Positions 25,998 through 38,344 of a DNA stretch of 64,000 bases are shown piece by piece. The position numbers were made by a program, and so were the translations under genes. Origin of the DNA: Eledone cirrhosa (lineage: Eukaryota); the NCBI GenBank assembly GCA_964016885.1, contig OZ024766.1, positions 16,368,001 to 16,432,000 of the forward strand, given 5' to 3'. The notes below the pieces were generated by a model that was not told the origin of the DNA, did not search any database, and saw nothing but the letters and a program-made list of their open reading frames with translations. Positions within the stretch are counted from its first letter, which is position 1. Each line of letters opens with the position of its first letter.

Positions 25998-26319
25998 GAT
26001 AATTGTTTCTACTTTTGGCACAAGACCAGCAATTATCCGAGTGTATTACTGGTACTTTATTTTATCGACCCCGTAAGGATGAAAGGCAAAGTAAACCTCG
26101 GCGGGATTTGAACTCAGAATGACAAAACTTTGAATAAATAATTGTTTCTACTATTGGCACAAGGCCAGAAAATTATCCAGTACATTACTGGTACTTTATT
26201 TTATCGACCCCGTAAGGATGAAAGGCAAAGTTAACCTCGGCGGGATTTGAACTCAGAATGGCAAGGGCCGTAACTCTATGCGTCAAAGCATGGCGTCCGA
26301 ACCTCTACCGATACTGCCA
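25998..26319 (-). mobile_element. tRNA-SINE with tandem duplication of its 3' two-thirds
   Basis: Two copies of aacctcggcgggatttgaactcaga (B box on -); head ends at ccgatactgcca. Confidence 0.8.
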
Positions 26320-26320
26320 A

Positions 26321-29300
26321 AATGAATGAATATTACATAATTTATCTCTTGTGCCTGTTCATTAAATATATTTCGTTTATTTAAAGATTCACTTCTTTAA
26401 ATATTACATAATTTATCTACTAAATTTCGTGGCTGTTCATTAAATATATTTCGTTTATTTAAAGATTCACTTCTTTAAATATTACATAATTTATCTACTA
26501 AATTTCGTGGCTGTTCATTAAATATATTTCGTTTATTTAAAGATTCACTTCTTTAAATATTACATAATTTATCTACTAAATTTCGTGGCTGTTCATTAAA
26601 TATATTTTGATTATTTAAAGATTCACTTCTTTAAATATTACATAATTTATCTCCTAAATTTCATGGCTGTTCATTAAATATATTTCGTTTATTTAAAGAT
26701 TCACTTCTTTAAATATTACATAATTTATCTACTAAATTTCGTGGCTGTTCATTAAATATATTTCGTTTATTTAAAGATTCACTTCTCTAAATATTACATA
26801 ATTTATCTACTAAATTTCGTGGCTGTTCATTAAATATATTTCGTTTATTTAAAGATTCACTTCTTTAAATATTACATAATTTATCTACTAAATTTCGTGG
26901 CTGTTCATTAAATATATTTCGTTTATTTAAAGATTCACTTCTTTAAATATTACATAATTTATCTACTAAATTTCGTGGCTGTTCATTAAATATATTTTGA
27001 TTATTTAAAGATTCACTTCTTTAAATATTACATAATTTATCTCCTAAATTTCATGGCTGTTCATTAAATATATTTTGTTTATTTAAAGATTCACTTCTTT
27101 AAATATTACATAATTTATCTACTAAATTTCGTGGCTGTTCATTAAATATATTTCGTTTATTTAAAGATTCACTTCTTTAAATATTACATAATTTATCTAC
27201 TAAATTTCGTGGCTGTTCATTAAATATATTTCGTTTATTTAAAGATTCACTTCTTTAAATATTACATAATTTATCTACTAAATTTCGTGGCTGTTCATTA
27301 AATATATTTCGTTTATTTAAAGATTCACTTCTTTAAATATTACATAATTTATCTACTAAATTTCGTGGCTGTTCATTAAATATATTTCGTTTATTTAAAG
27401 ATTCACTTCTTTAAATATTACATAATTTATCTACTAAATTTCGTGGCTGTTCATTAAATATATTTTGTTTATTTAAAGATTCACTTCTCTAAATATTACA
27501 TAATTTATCTACTAAATTTCGTGGCTGTTCATTAAATATATTTCGTTTATTTAAAGATTCACTTCTTTAAATATTACATAATTTATCTACTAAATTTCGT
27601 GGCTGTTCATTAAATATATTTCGTTTATTTAAAGATTCACTTCTTTAAATATTACATAATTTATCTACTAAATTTCGTGGCTGTTCATTAAATATATTTT
27701 GATTATTTAAAGATTCACTTCTTTAAATATTACATAATTTATCTCCTAAATTTCGTGGCTGTTCATTAAATATATTTTGATTATTTAAAGATTCACTTCT
27801 TTAAATATTACATAATTTATCTCCTAAATTTCGTGGCTGTTCATTAAATATATTTTGTTTATTTAAAGATTCACTTCTTTAAATATTACATAATTTATCT
27901 CCTAAATTTCGTGGCTGTTCATTAAATATATTTTGATTATTTAAAGATTCACTTCTTTAAATATTACATAATTTATCTACTAAATTTCGTGGCTGTTCAT
28001 TAAATATATTTTGATTATTTAAAGATTCACTTCTTTAAATATTACATAATTTATCTACTAAATTTCGTGGCTGTTCATTAAATATATTTCGTTTATTTAA
28101 AGATTCACTTCTTTAAATATTACATAATTTATCTACTAAATTCGTGGCTGTTCATTAAATATATTTCGTTTATTTAAAGATTCACTTCTTTAAATATTAC
28201 ATAATTTATCTACTAAATTTCGTGGCTGTTCATTAAATATATTTTGATTATTTAAAGATTCACTTCTTTAAATATTACATAATTTATCTCCTAAATTTCA
28301 TGGCTGTTCATTAAATATATTTTGTTTATTTAAAGATTCACTTCTCTAAATATTACATAATTTATCTACTAAATTTCGTGGCTGTTCATTAAATATATTT
28401 TGATTATTTAAAGATTCACTTCTTTAAATATTACATAATTTATCTACTAAATTTCGTGGCTGTTCATTAAATATATTTTGATTATTTAAAGATTCACTTC
28501 TTTAAATATTACATAATTTATCTCCTAAATTTCATGGCTGTTCATTAAATATATTTTGTTTATTTAAAGATTCACTTCTCTAAATATTACATAATTTATC
28601 TACTAAATTTCGTGGCTGTTCATTAAATATATTTCGTTTATTTAAAGATTCACTTCTTTAAATATTACATAATTTATCTACTAAATTTCGTGGCTGTTCA
28701 TTAAATATATTTTGATTATTTAAAGATTCACTTCTTTAAATATTACATAATTTATCTCCTAAATTTCGTGGCTGTTCATTAAATATATTTCGTTTATTTA
28801 AAGATTCACTTCTCTAAATGTTACATAATTTATCTACTAAATTTCGTGGCTGTTAATTAAATATATTTTGATTATTTAAAGATTCACTTCTTTAAATATT
28901 ACATAATTTATCTCCTAAATTTCATGGCTGTTCATTAAATATATTTTGTTTATTTAAAGATTCACTTCTCTAAATATTACATAATTTATCTACTAAATTT
29001 CGTGGCTGTTCATTAAATATATTTTGATTATTTAAAGATTCACTTCTTTAAATATTACATAATTTATCTCCTAAATTTCATGGCTGTTCATTAAATATAT
29101 TTTGTTTATTTAAAGATTCACTTCTTTAAATATTACATAATTTATCTACTAAATTTCGTGGCTGTTCATTAAATATATTTTGTTTATTTAAAGATTCACT
29201 TCTCTAAATATTACATAATTTATCTACTAAATTTCGTGGCTGTTCATTAAATATATTTTGTTTATTTAAAGATTCACTTCTTTAAATATTACATAATTTA

Positions 29301-29433
29301 TCTACTAAATTTCGTGGCTGTTCATTAAATATATTTTGATTATTTAAAGATTCACTTCTTTAAATATTACATAATTTATCTACTAAATTTCGTGGCTGTT
29401 CATTAAATATATTTTGATTATTTAAAGATTCAC
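26321..29433 (-). repeat. 78-bp AT-rich satellite, ~40 copies
   Basis: Period 78 (atattacata at 26401 and 26479); very homogeneous units. Confidence 0.97.
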
Positions 29434-29741
29434 TCGGTGGGATTTGCAAAACATGGCGTCAAATCTTCAGCCGATACTGACAATCCACCATAATATAATA
29501 CCATTTTGTCACCCTTCTTTTCAATATGATGTCACTGACACTGTCAATAGTAATGTATCTTTATGAATGTTCCGAAGACTAGGATTATAATTACTTGTTT
29601 AAACATTGTGTATGTTCTGATTAACTCCAGACAGTTGTCTGGAAGAAACGATCGTCAGCAATTAAATGTATTAAACTAGAATTTGATTGTTTTATATTTT
29701 GTGTGTGTATATATATATATATAGAAAGAGAGAGAGAGAGA

Positions 29742-29838
29742 GGCACATGGCTTAGTGGTTAAAGCATTGATGTGTTGTTTCCTTGAGCAAGACAATTTAT
29801 TTCACATTTCTCCAGTTTACATAGCTGTAGAAATGAGA
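29742..29838 (+). mobile_element. Degenerate tRNA-SINE head of a second family
   Basis: ggcacatggcttagtggttaaagc (A box) followed by ccttgagcaagaca..ctccagt..agctgt. Confidence 0.5.
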
Positions 29839-29864
29839 TGATAGGGACTGGGGTCCCTATCATT

Positions 29865-30170
29865 CCACTGTAAAGTGGTCGTGGAGGTGCCACGGCAAAA
29901 AAGGACCCAGCCCACACTGTGAAGTGGACGTGTAGGCCCCACGGCAAAAAGCAGCCAGCACTCACTGTAAAGTGGTCGTGAGGGTGCCACGGCAAAAAAG
30001 CACCCAGCCCACACTGTAAACTGGTCGTGGAGGTGCCACAGCAAAAAAGCACCCAGCACTCACTGTAAATGAGGTTGGTGTTAGGAAGGGCATCCAGCTG
30101 TAGAAATCAAGCCACAATCAGTTCCCGTCCCACCCTTGCAAGCAGGGAAAAGCGGACGTAAAATGATTAT
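29865..30170 (+). mobile_element. RTE 3' end with 49-bp repeats (~4 copies); distal edge of module copy 2
   Basis: Reverse complement of 24558-24940. Confidence 0.75.
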
Positions 30171-31402
30171 GTCCCTCCCATTTTTTCAATAGGGTCACTT
30201 TGATGAATCAAAAGATAAATATCAGAAAAACAGACCCTAAAATATATTTTCCGTGCTATTTCAAACTTCACCTTTTCTCTATATAGAGAGAGAGAGCGAG
30301 AGGACAATTTGTCATGTCTTCATTACATTTATTGAGCACTGAAGCACGTTTTGCTATCGATCAGCTCAAGGTTTGATCTGTATTGATCTAGCCTGACTCT
30401 GGAATTAAAAGCTTGTCAGACTTCTGTTGTGGTAATGTTACAATCCCTAGATATCATCATCATTGATTAATGTCTATCTTCCTTGCTAGCATGGGTTGGA
30501 CGGGTTTGTCGTATTTAGAAGCAAGTTAGGTCGGGTGACTGTGTCTCGCTCATATATATATATATAGCAGGCGCTGCAAAAAACATCCGGAAACTAGAAA
30601 CAGACATGGCTTCAAATGACCAAGGCGGGCAGGTGCAGCAAACAAACGTTGCATACCTGACCCTGTGCGTATCGACAATGGTAGGGTTGTAACCATATCT
30701 TTTAACAGATAAAAAAATTTTCCGGGAAAGACTGCCCTAACACCAGCTAGAGTTACCTCCCTTGACCTACTGCAACATCAAAACACGCTTTTTTGCGTAG
30801 AATGAACTCTGACGTGAACTTATCTCTAAAAACACATTCTGGGCCATGTAAGGAACACTTTTTAGTTATTTATACCCTTGAGAAGCCCATCCAGGTGAAA
30901 CGTACATCTTTTAACGGTCTGTTCTGCTATATTTTACTTTTCCACGTATATATATAGTTATATATATATATATCAACTAGAAATTGATTGACATATAAAT
31001 AAACATATGAAACAATCACAGGGGATAATTTGTAAAAGTGTGTAAGCACACATAGCTAGGTAGGTAACTAAATAAATTTAACTAGAACTTCAAAAATAGA
31101 TACCTTAGAAAATGATTAATCTTCCTTGTATATATTCCATTAAAGAAATATATTTCACCAATTAATCGATTGGTAAACGACAGTAGCCAGATCTTGGATT
31201 CTCAACAAGGATGAAGTCCAACCATCTGTGTTTACGCATCAAGTTCAAATCAGCGACTGACCAGTAACACGTGCTGTATCTACTAAAAATACACACATCA
31301 TACCAGCTTCGTCCCAGTTGCGTGAATAGGGTTATTGACAACTAGAAACAGCAGTCAGGTCCTTTCAACAGAGTAGAGCTCTACAATTAAGGGGCCGTAT
31401 TT

Positions 31403-31803
31403 CATCATTTTATCATCATCATCATCATTTTACGTCCGCTTTTCCCTGCTTGCAAGGGTGGGACGGGTCTTATTCAGCACAGCATCTCTCCACTCGTCAC
31501 GGTCCCTCGTCATCTCCACCGTGAGCTTCAATGATCTGAGGTCTGTTCTCACCACCTCCGCCCATGTTTTTCGTGGTCTACCTCTACCACGTCTTCCTTC
31601 AACTGGCATTTCCTGGCACTTCTTCACCCATCGGTCATCCTCCATGCGCATCACATGTCCATACCACCTCAGTCTCCTCTCCCGTACACTACATTCTATC
31701 CCTCTCAGACACAGTTTCTCTCTCAACACATTTATGCTGGGTCGTTCACGCACATTTACACTGCACATCCAACGGAGCATGCTTGCCTCATTTCTCTCAG
31801 GTG
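31403..31803 (-). mobile_element. 5'-truncated RTE LINE insertion private to copy 2
   Basis: ERNEASMLRWMC..ERRLRWYGHVMR..GRGRPRKTW followed by an (ATG)n tail; absent at the homologous site in copies 1, 3 and 4. Confidence 0.9.
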
Positions 31804-32251
31804 CCATATCACCCATAAAATAAGCTCCATGCAGCTTATTTTACGGGTGATATGTCACATGTCTTTCTGGCATGACACCCATAATTTGATTTAGATTAAT
31901 TTTATTTTAATTTATCTTAATTTTGGATATATATATATATATACAGAGAAAGAGAAGAGTAGACAAACAGACAATGACAAAGAAGAGGAATTAACCACCC
32001 CAGTATTTCACTGGTATTTCATTTATTGACCTCAAAATATCAAAGCAACTTTACTTCAGTGGGATTTGTACTCTGAGAACTAGAACAGACACTGAAAATA
32101 TATCAAGATGAGCACACATATATATAAGAACACATATAAACATACACATACATATATACACACACACATACACAGATAAAGATAATCATATTCATGGACA
32201 GAAATTTCTACACACTGACATATACACTCATACATATATATATATATATAT

Positions 32252-32374
32252 ATAGGAAAATGTTTAACCCCGACGGCAGAGCTCAAGCCATTTCGATGGT
32301 TATGTCTGGACTGTTTCCAGAAATAGCCGTCGAAACGGATTGAGCTCTGCCGTCGGGATTAAACATTTTCCTAT
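32252..32374. repeat. 123-bp hairpin, copy 2
   Basis: Homolog of 23197-23319. Confidence 0.9.
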
Positions 32375-33251
32375 TACCCGCTCTACTACCCTAAGTATTG
32401 AGTACTCTGGTGCGTATATGGTCCATCTGGTTCTTTACCACACCTCCTTTGTTATATATATATATAATATTATAAGAAACGAAAGGAGCTGTGTGGTTAC
32501 TGTAAACAAAGTTTAAGATGGTAATATGGATGAAAGGAGAGAGGAAACCCTTCATCAGCTGTAAACCGAGATCATAGATGTCTTGGCACATATATATATA
32601 TAGTGTTTGTAACTTCTGTACCATACAGATTTGTCAGCATAAGTCTTGGTTACAACTTCTGCAAATAAAATGAAAGGAGAATAATTTCAGAACAAACAAG
32701 ATTTATTCAAAACATTAACAACATTGGTGGCACTATTTTGGGTGAGTGACATGGTTTTTATCTTGTCTGATTGTGTTTGTTACATTAAGTAACTTCATGT
32801 TGGTACCACAACATTTAGAAAATGATTTACCACAGACATCACAGTGATATGGTTCCTCTCCTGTATATGTTAGTGTCTAGTGAAGTCACAACATTTAGAG
32901 AATGATTTACTGCAGATATCACAGTGATATGGTTCCTTTTCTGTAAATGTTAGTGCTGAGTGAAGTGACTTATTTCAGAGAATGATTTCCCACAGATATC
33001 ACAGTGATATAGTTTCTCTCCTGTATATATATGTTTGTGTCTAGTTAAGCTAGCTTTTATAGATAACAATTTCCCCCAGATATCACAGTGATATGGCTTT
33101 TCTCCAGTATATATTTATGTTTGTATGTAGTTAATGTAGCAATACAAGAGAATAATTTCTCCACAATATCACAGTGGTATGGCTTCTCACTCATATGAAT
33201 GTATTTGTGTCTAATTAATTTACAATTTTGAGACAATGAGATATGACTTTG

Positions 33252-34865
33252 TTATGGTTTCTTACCTGTATGGGTATATTTGTGTTTAGTTAAATTACTT
33301 AATTGAGAGAATGATTTACCACAGATATCACAGTGATGTGGCTTCTCACCTGTATGGATACGTAAGTGTTGAGTTAAGGGACTACTTTGAGAGAATGATT
33401 TACCACAGATATCACAGCGATATGGTTTGTCTCCTGTATGTATACGTTTGTGACTAATTAAATTACTACAAGAAGAGAATGATTTACCACAGATATCACA
33501 GTGATATGGCTTGTCACCTGTATGGGTACGTATGTGACGAGTTAATATACTACTTAGAGAGAATGATTTACCACAGATATCACAGCGATATGGTTTTTCA
33601 CCTGTATGTATACGCATGTGTGTAGTTAAGTTACTACTTTTATTGAATGATATACCACAGATATCACAGTGATATGGCTTCTCACCTGTATGTATACGTT
33701 TGTGTCTAGTTAATTTACTATTAACAAAGAATGATTTACCACAGATATCACAGTGATATGGTTTCTCTCTTGTATGTATATGTTTGTGTGTAGGTAAATG
33801 ACTACTTCGAGAGAATGATTTGCCACAGATATCACAGTGATATGGCTTGTCACCTGTATGGGTATGTTTGTGGCTAGTTAAGGTACCACTTTCAGAGAAT
33901 GATTTACCACAGATATCACAGTTATATGGCTTCTCTCTTGTATGTATATGTTTGTGTGTAGTTAAATGACTACTTAGAGAGAATGATTTACCACAGATAT
34001 CACAGTGATATGGTTTCTCACCTGTATGTATACGCATGTGTTTAGTTAAGTTACTAATTTGAGAGAATGATTTACCACAGATATCACAGTGATTTGGCTT
34101 CTCTCCTGTATGTATATGTTTGTGTGTAGTTAAGGTACCACTTAGAGAGAATGATTTACCACAGATATCACAGTGATATGGCTTCTCTCCTGTATGTATA
34201 TGTTTGTGTGTAGTTAAATGACTACTTCGAGAGAATGATTTACCACAGATATCACAGTGGTATGGCTTGTCACCTGTATGGGTACGTTTGTGGCTAGTTA
34301 AGGTACCACTTTCAGAGAATGATATACCACAGATATCACAGTGATATGGCTTCTCTCCTGTATGTATATGTTTGTGTGTAGTTAAGGTACTACTTTGAGA
34401 AAATGATTTACCACAGATATCACAGTGATTCGGCTTCTCTCCTGTATGTATATGTTTGTGTGTAGTTAAGGTACAACTTTGAGAGAATGATTTACCACAG
34501 ATATCACAGTGATATGGCTTGTCTCCTGTATGTGTACGTTTGTGGCTACTTAAGTGACCACTTCCAGAGAATGATTTACCACAGATATCACAGCGATATG
34601 GTTTCTCACCTGTATGTATACGTTTGTGGCTAGTTAATATACTACTTTGAGAGAATGATTTACCACATATATCACAGATATATGGCTTCTCTCCTGTATG
34701 GGTACGTTTGTGTCTAGTTAATTTACTACTAACAGAGAATGATTTACCACAGACATCACAGTGATATGGCTTCTCTCCTCTATTGTTTGACATCTCTTCT
34801 GGAATAGCCATATCTTTAGACATTGTTTCACATTTAATCTTCTTTTCACTCAATTTATTTTCCAT
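33252..34865 (-). CDS. Poly-C2H2 zinc-finger protein, 537 aa, 18 fingers
   Basis: Intact ORF with nearly the same leader and terminal finger as copy 1. Confidence 0.95.
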   Translation of the reverse strand: MENKLSEKKIKCETMSKDMAIPEEMSNNRGEKPYHCDVCGKSFSVSSKLTRHKRTHTGEKPYICDICGKSFSQSSILTSHKRIHTGEKPYRCDICGKSFSGSGHLSSHKRTHTGDKPYHCDICGKSFSQSCTLTTHKHIHTGEKPNHCDICGKSFSQSSTLTTHKHIHTGEKPYHCDICGISFSESGTLTSHKRTHTGDKPYHCDICGKSFSRSSHLTTHKHIHTGEKPYHCDICGKSFSLSGTLTTHKHIHTGEKPNHCDICGKSFSQISNLTKHMRIHTGEKPYHCDICGKSFSLSSHLTTHKHIHTREKPYNCDICGKSFSESGTLTSHKHTHTGDKPYHCDICGKSFSRSSHLPTHKHIHTREKPYHCDICGKSFFVNSKLTRHKRIHTGEKPYHCDICGISFNKSSNLTTHMRIHTGEKPYRCDICGKSFSLSSILTRHIRTHTGDKPYHCDICGKSFSSCSNLISHKRIHTGDKPYRCDICGKSFSQSSPLTQHLRIHTGEKPHHCDICGKSFSQLSNLTKHKYTHTGKKP

Positions 34866-35108
34866 AATAATTCTTCTTCCCTTGGCAGAATTTACAGATG
34901 TTATTCTTTAATATTTTTCATATTATATTCTTAAAAAATATTTCTTCTGTTATATTTCCCTCAATTATGATCTCAGTTAATACCTGAAGATGATGCAAAC
35001 TTCTTTGTCATTGAAGTTGAGTTAAAATACAAAATATATCTCTCATATATATACCACACAGTGAAGAAAAGGAATTTTGTCTTTAAACTCAGTTCTGAGG
35101 AAATATAT

Positions 35109-35340
35109 CACAGTAATTCTGATAGATTTATATAAACAGTGTTATATAAGTTCTGTTTAAAAAGTTTTAATCTTCAAATGATGATAAATAGAGGTGATGT
35201 ATCCAAGATTGAAAACAATAATTTTCACAGTAATTCTGATAGATTTATATAAACAGTGTTATATAAGTTCTGTTTAAAAAGTTTTAATCTTCAAATGATG
35301 ATAAATAGAGGTGATGTATCCAAGATTGAAAAAAATAATT
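35109..35340. repeat. 117-bp tandem duplication in the putative 5' UTR, private to copy 2
   Basis: cacagtaattctgatag...ccaagattgaaaa at 35109 and 35226. Confidence 0.9.
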
Positions 35341-35519
35341 TATCTTAATGTCATCTTATATTCTGAAATGAAAAAGAAACAGTATGAGATAATAGAGAAT
35401 ACTTAAGAAGCAGAGATAGATTTAACAGTGGAAATTTTACATCTATAAACCCTGGAAACTTTTTATTGAAAAATCAAATTATTTTAGTTTTTAATTAGTT
35501 ACAAGAATTCTTCCTCCAC

Positions 35520-36110
35520 ACCTGCAACCATGACTGCATCTGGGGTTCTCTTCTCTTCAGAGAGATGGAGAGAATACTTTGCTGATCTCCCAAACCCGAT
35601 CACAACAGCATCTTCGGATGTACATGAGGTGAATCTGATAGCGGTGACTAATCTCTCGGAGGCTGAGGTCACAAGAGCAATTAAAGAGCTCAAATGTGAC
35701 CGACTCATGTGTGTCAGATGGCCTGGGTCTCTGAAATGGCACTCAAGCAAAGGCAATCGGGAGTGATAATCGCAATTTATAAAAAGGGAGACACGAGAGA
35801 TTGTTCCAAATAGAGAGGGATTACCTTGTTAAGCCTCCCTGGTAAAGTATATGCTAAGTTTCTGGCAAAGTGATGTAGCGAGTCCAAGCTAGGTGATGGA
35901 CAGTGCTGTTTTATCCCTGGGTGCAACATAACCCACCAAATATTCACACTGTGGCAGGTCTTTGTGAAATCGTGGGAGTATTGCTAAGAGGTATATATTA
36001 TCGTTTTATAGACCTTGAAAATCCATACGATTGCATTCTTCAGGACCTGCTGTGCACACAGGAGTTCCCATGGGCAGCCAGTCTTAAACATCTCTGTTAT
36101 AGGCTGCAGG
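35520..36110 (+). mobile_element. Old RTE fragment, copy 2
   Basis: Homolog of 18940-19535. Confidence 0.78.
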
Positions 36111-36182
36111 ACGATAATAACTAAGTGAGGGCTAAGAACAGAGCCCTGGAGGACACCAGACTACACTCCAAATTATTCACTA

Positions 36183-36363
36183 TAATTGTTTCTATTTTAA
36201 ACACAAGGCCAGCAATTACCGAGTACATTACTGGTACTTTATTTTATAGACCCCACATGGATGTAAGGCAAAGTTAACCTCGGCGGGATTTGACCTCAGA
36301 TCATAAAGGGACGTAACTCTGTGCCTCAAAGCATGGTGTCCGACTCTCTACCGATACTGCCAC
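36183..36363 (-). mobile_element. tRNA-SINE, copy 2
   Basis: Homolog of 18691; ttcactataat direct repeat on both sides. Confidence 0.8.
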
Positions 36364-36689
36364 TTCACTATAATGAATGTTAATCCTGACATTGCTGACT
36401 GCTCTTCTATACATGGCTTTATGATCCTGTATACAAGACATGTATCAGACGGTTATTCAGCTAGCTCTTTAGAGTATTAGAACCTTATTATGTACAGCCA
36501 CCGAGATCCCACACCAACAGATGTCCCTTCACCATCAAAGCAGTGCCCTGAAATACAGATACTAAACCCCTACTTGGATGGCTAACTCAAACATAATTAT
36601 AATGAAATGAAACCCACAATAAAGTAATCTTCAACCATAAGTAGATGAAGTTAATTAAATTGTAAGAGATTTAGACTAAAATAGACAAA

Positions 36690-37090
36690 ATATTAATTTA
36701 CTTGAATTAAATAGACGTTTAAATTTACATAATTAAATAGACGGAGGTAATTTAATTAATAAAAATATCTTTAACTTACTTAAAGCAATGACAAAGTACA
36801 GCTAAATATAAACTATATTTTATAATGTAAGGTAGTGAACAAGATAATTAAATAGACGGAGGTAATTTAGATAACAAAAATATCTTTAATTTACTTAAAT
36901 TAATTTACAAGGTACAGGTAAATATAAACTAGTGAACAAGATAATTAAATAGACGGAGGCAATTTAAATAATAAATATATCTTTAATTTACTTAAATTAA
37001 TTTACAAGGTACAGCTAAATATAAACTATATTTTATAATGTAAGGTAGTGAACCACATAATTAAATAGACGGAGGTAATTTAAATAATAA
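36690..37090 (-). repeat. 115-bp repeat, ~3 degraded copies
   Basis: aaatagacggaggtaatt motif recurs, with internal deletions. Confidence 0.8.
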
Positions 37091-37840
37091 AGACAGTCAT
37101 GATAACAATATATTTTATATCACATGTAACAGTGGAATCTGGTTAATTACTGAATCGTTGAAGGGTTCACATAATTATATTATTTACACACATTAATATA
37201 GACATTAAGTAAATCTTTGTCAACTTACCTCCTTCACATATAATCAATGTGTTGTGTTGTTAGTTGTTACTAAACAACCAAAGAAATAATCTCTTTGTTA
37301 TCAAATTAGAAGTTTCAATGTTATCAGCTTTAATTCACGACATTAACGTTGGTGTATCTTCTTCATCTTTAGTCATAAATTGATATCTTGTCAGAATGAA
37401 GTAGTGAGGCTGACTTTATGTCTTTAGCTACAGATTTGATAGGAAATATATATATATTAGGTTGATATGTGGTCTAAAATATATATATTGTCTATAAATG
37501 ACTGATAGCAGATGTTCTGGTGAAATAGTAGTTTTACTACTACAGATCGTAATGGAACTCTTAGTAGACACAATTGTAAAGTAAGAATAGATATGACAGT
37601 GTAAGACTGATGTCGGGGAATTAAAATTGTGTGTGTGTATATATATATAATTGTTACACAAGATATAATTAGATTAATTAAAGTTATAACGAAGACAGCA
37701 GGTACGCGGCGTCTTAGCGAATGTTTCAACACTCGTACCGGTGTCAAACGTTAAAAGTCCCTGACATAATTTAATACCTTCAGACACATTTCCAGTCGTA
37801 TTTAATTCTATAGTGATGTGATTTATTAAAAAGAAATATG

Positions 37841-38315
37841 ATAATTGTTTCTATTTTTTGGCACAAGGCCAGCAATTACTGGTACTATATTTAATCAACC
37901 CCGTAATAACTGTTTCTACTTTAGGCACAAGGCCAGCAATTACCTCAATGTATTACTGGTACTTTATTTCATCAACCGTGTAATAACTGTTTCTACTTTA
38001 GGCACAAGGCCAGCAATTACTCCAGTGTATTACTGGTACTTTATTTTATCTACCCCATAATAATTGTTTCTACTTTAGGCACAAGGCCAGCAATTACTCC
38101 AGTGTATTACTGGTACTTTATTTTATCTACCCCATAATAATTGTTTCTACTTTAGGCACAAGGCCAGCAATTACCCCAGTGTATGGCTGGTACTTTATTT
38201 TATCGACCCCGTAATAATTGTTTCTACTTTAGGCACAAGGCCAGCAATTACCCTAGTACATTACTGGTACTTTATAATACCGACCCCGTAGGGATGAAAG
38301 GCAAAGCGAACCTCT
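37841..38315 (-). repeat. SINE-tail tandem repeat (~63 bp, ~7 copies)
   Basis: aattgtttctactttaggcacaaggccagcaatta..tggtactttatttt repeated. Confidence 0.88.
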
Positions 38316-38344
38316 GAGGGATTAACTTTGCTTTTCATCCTTAT

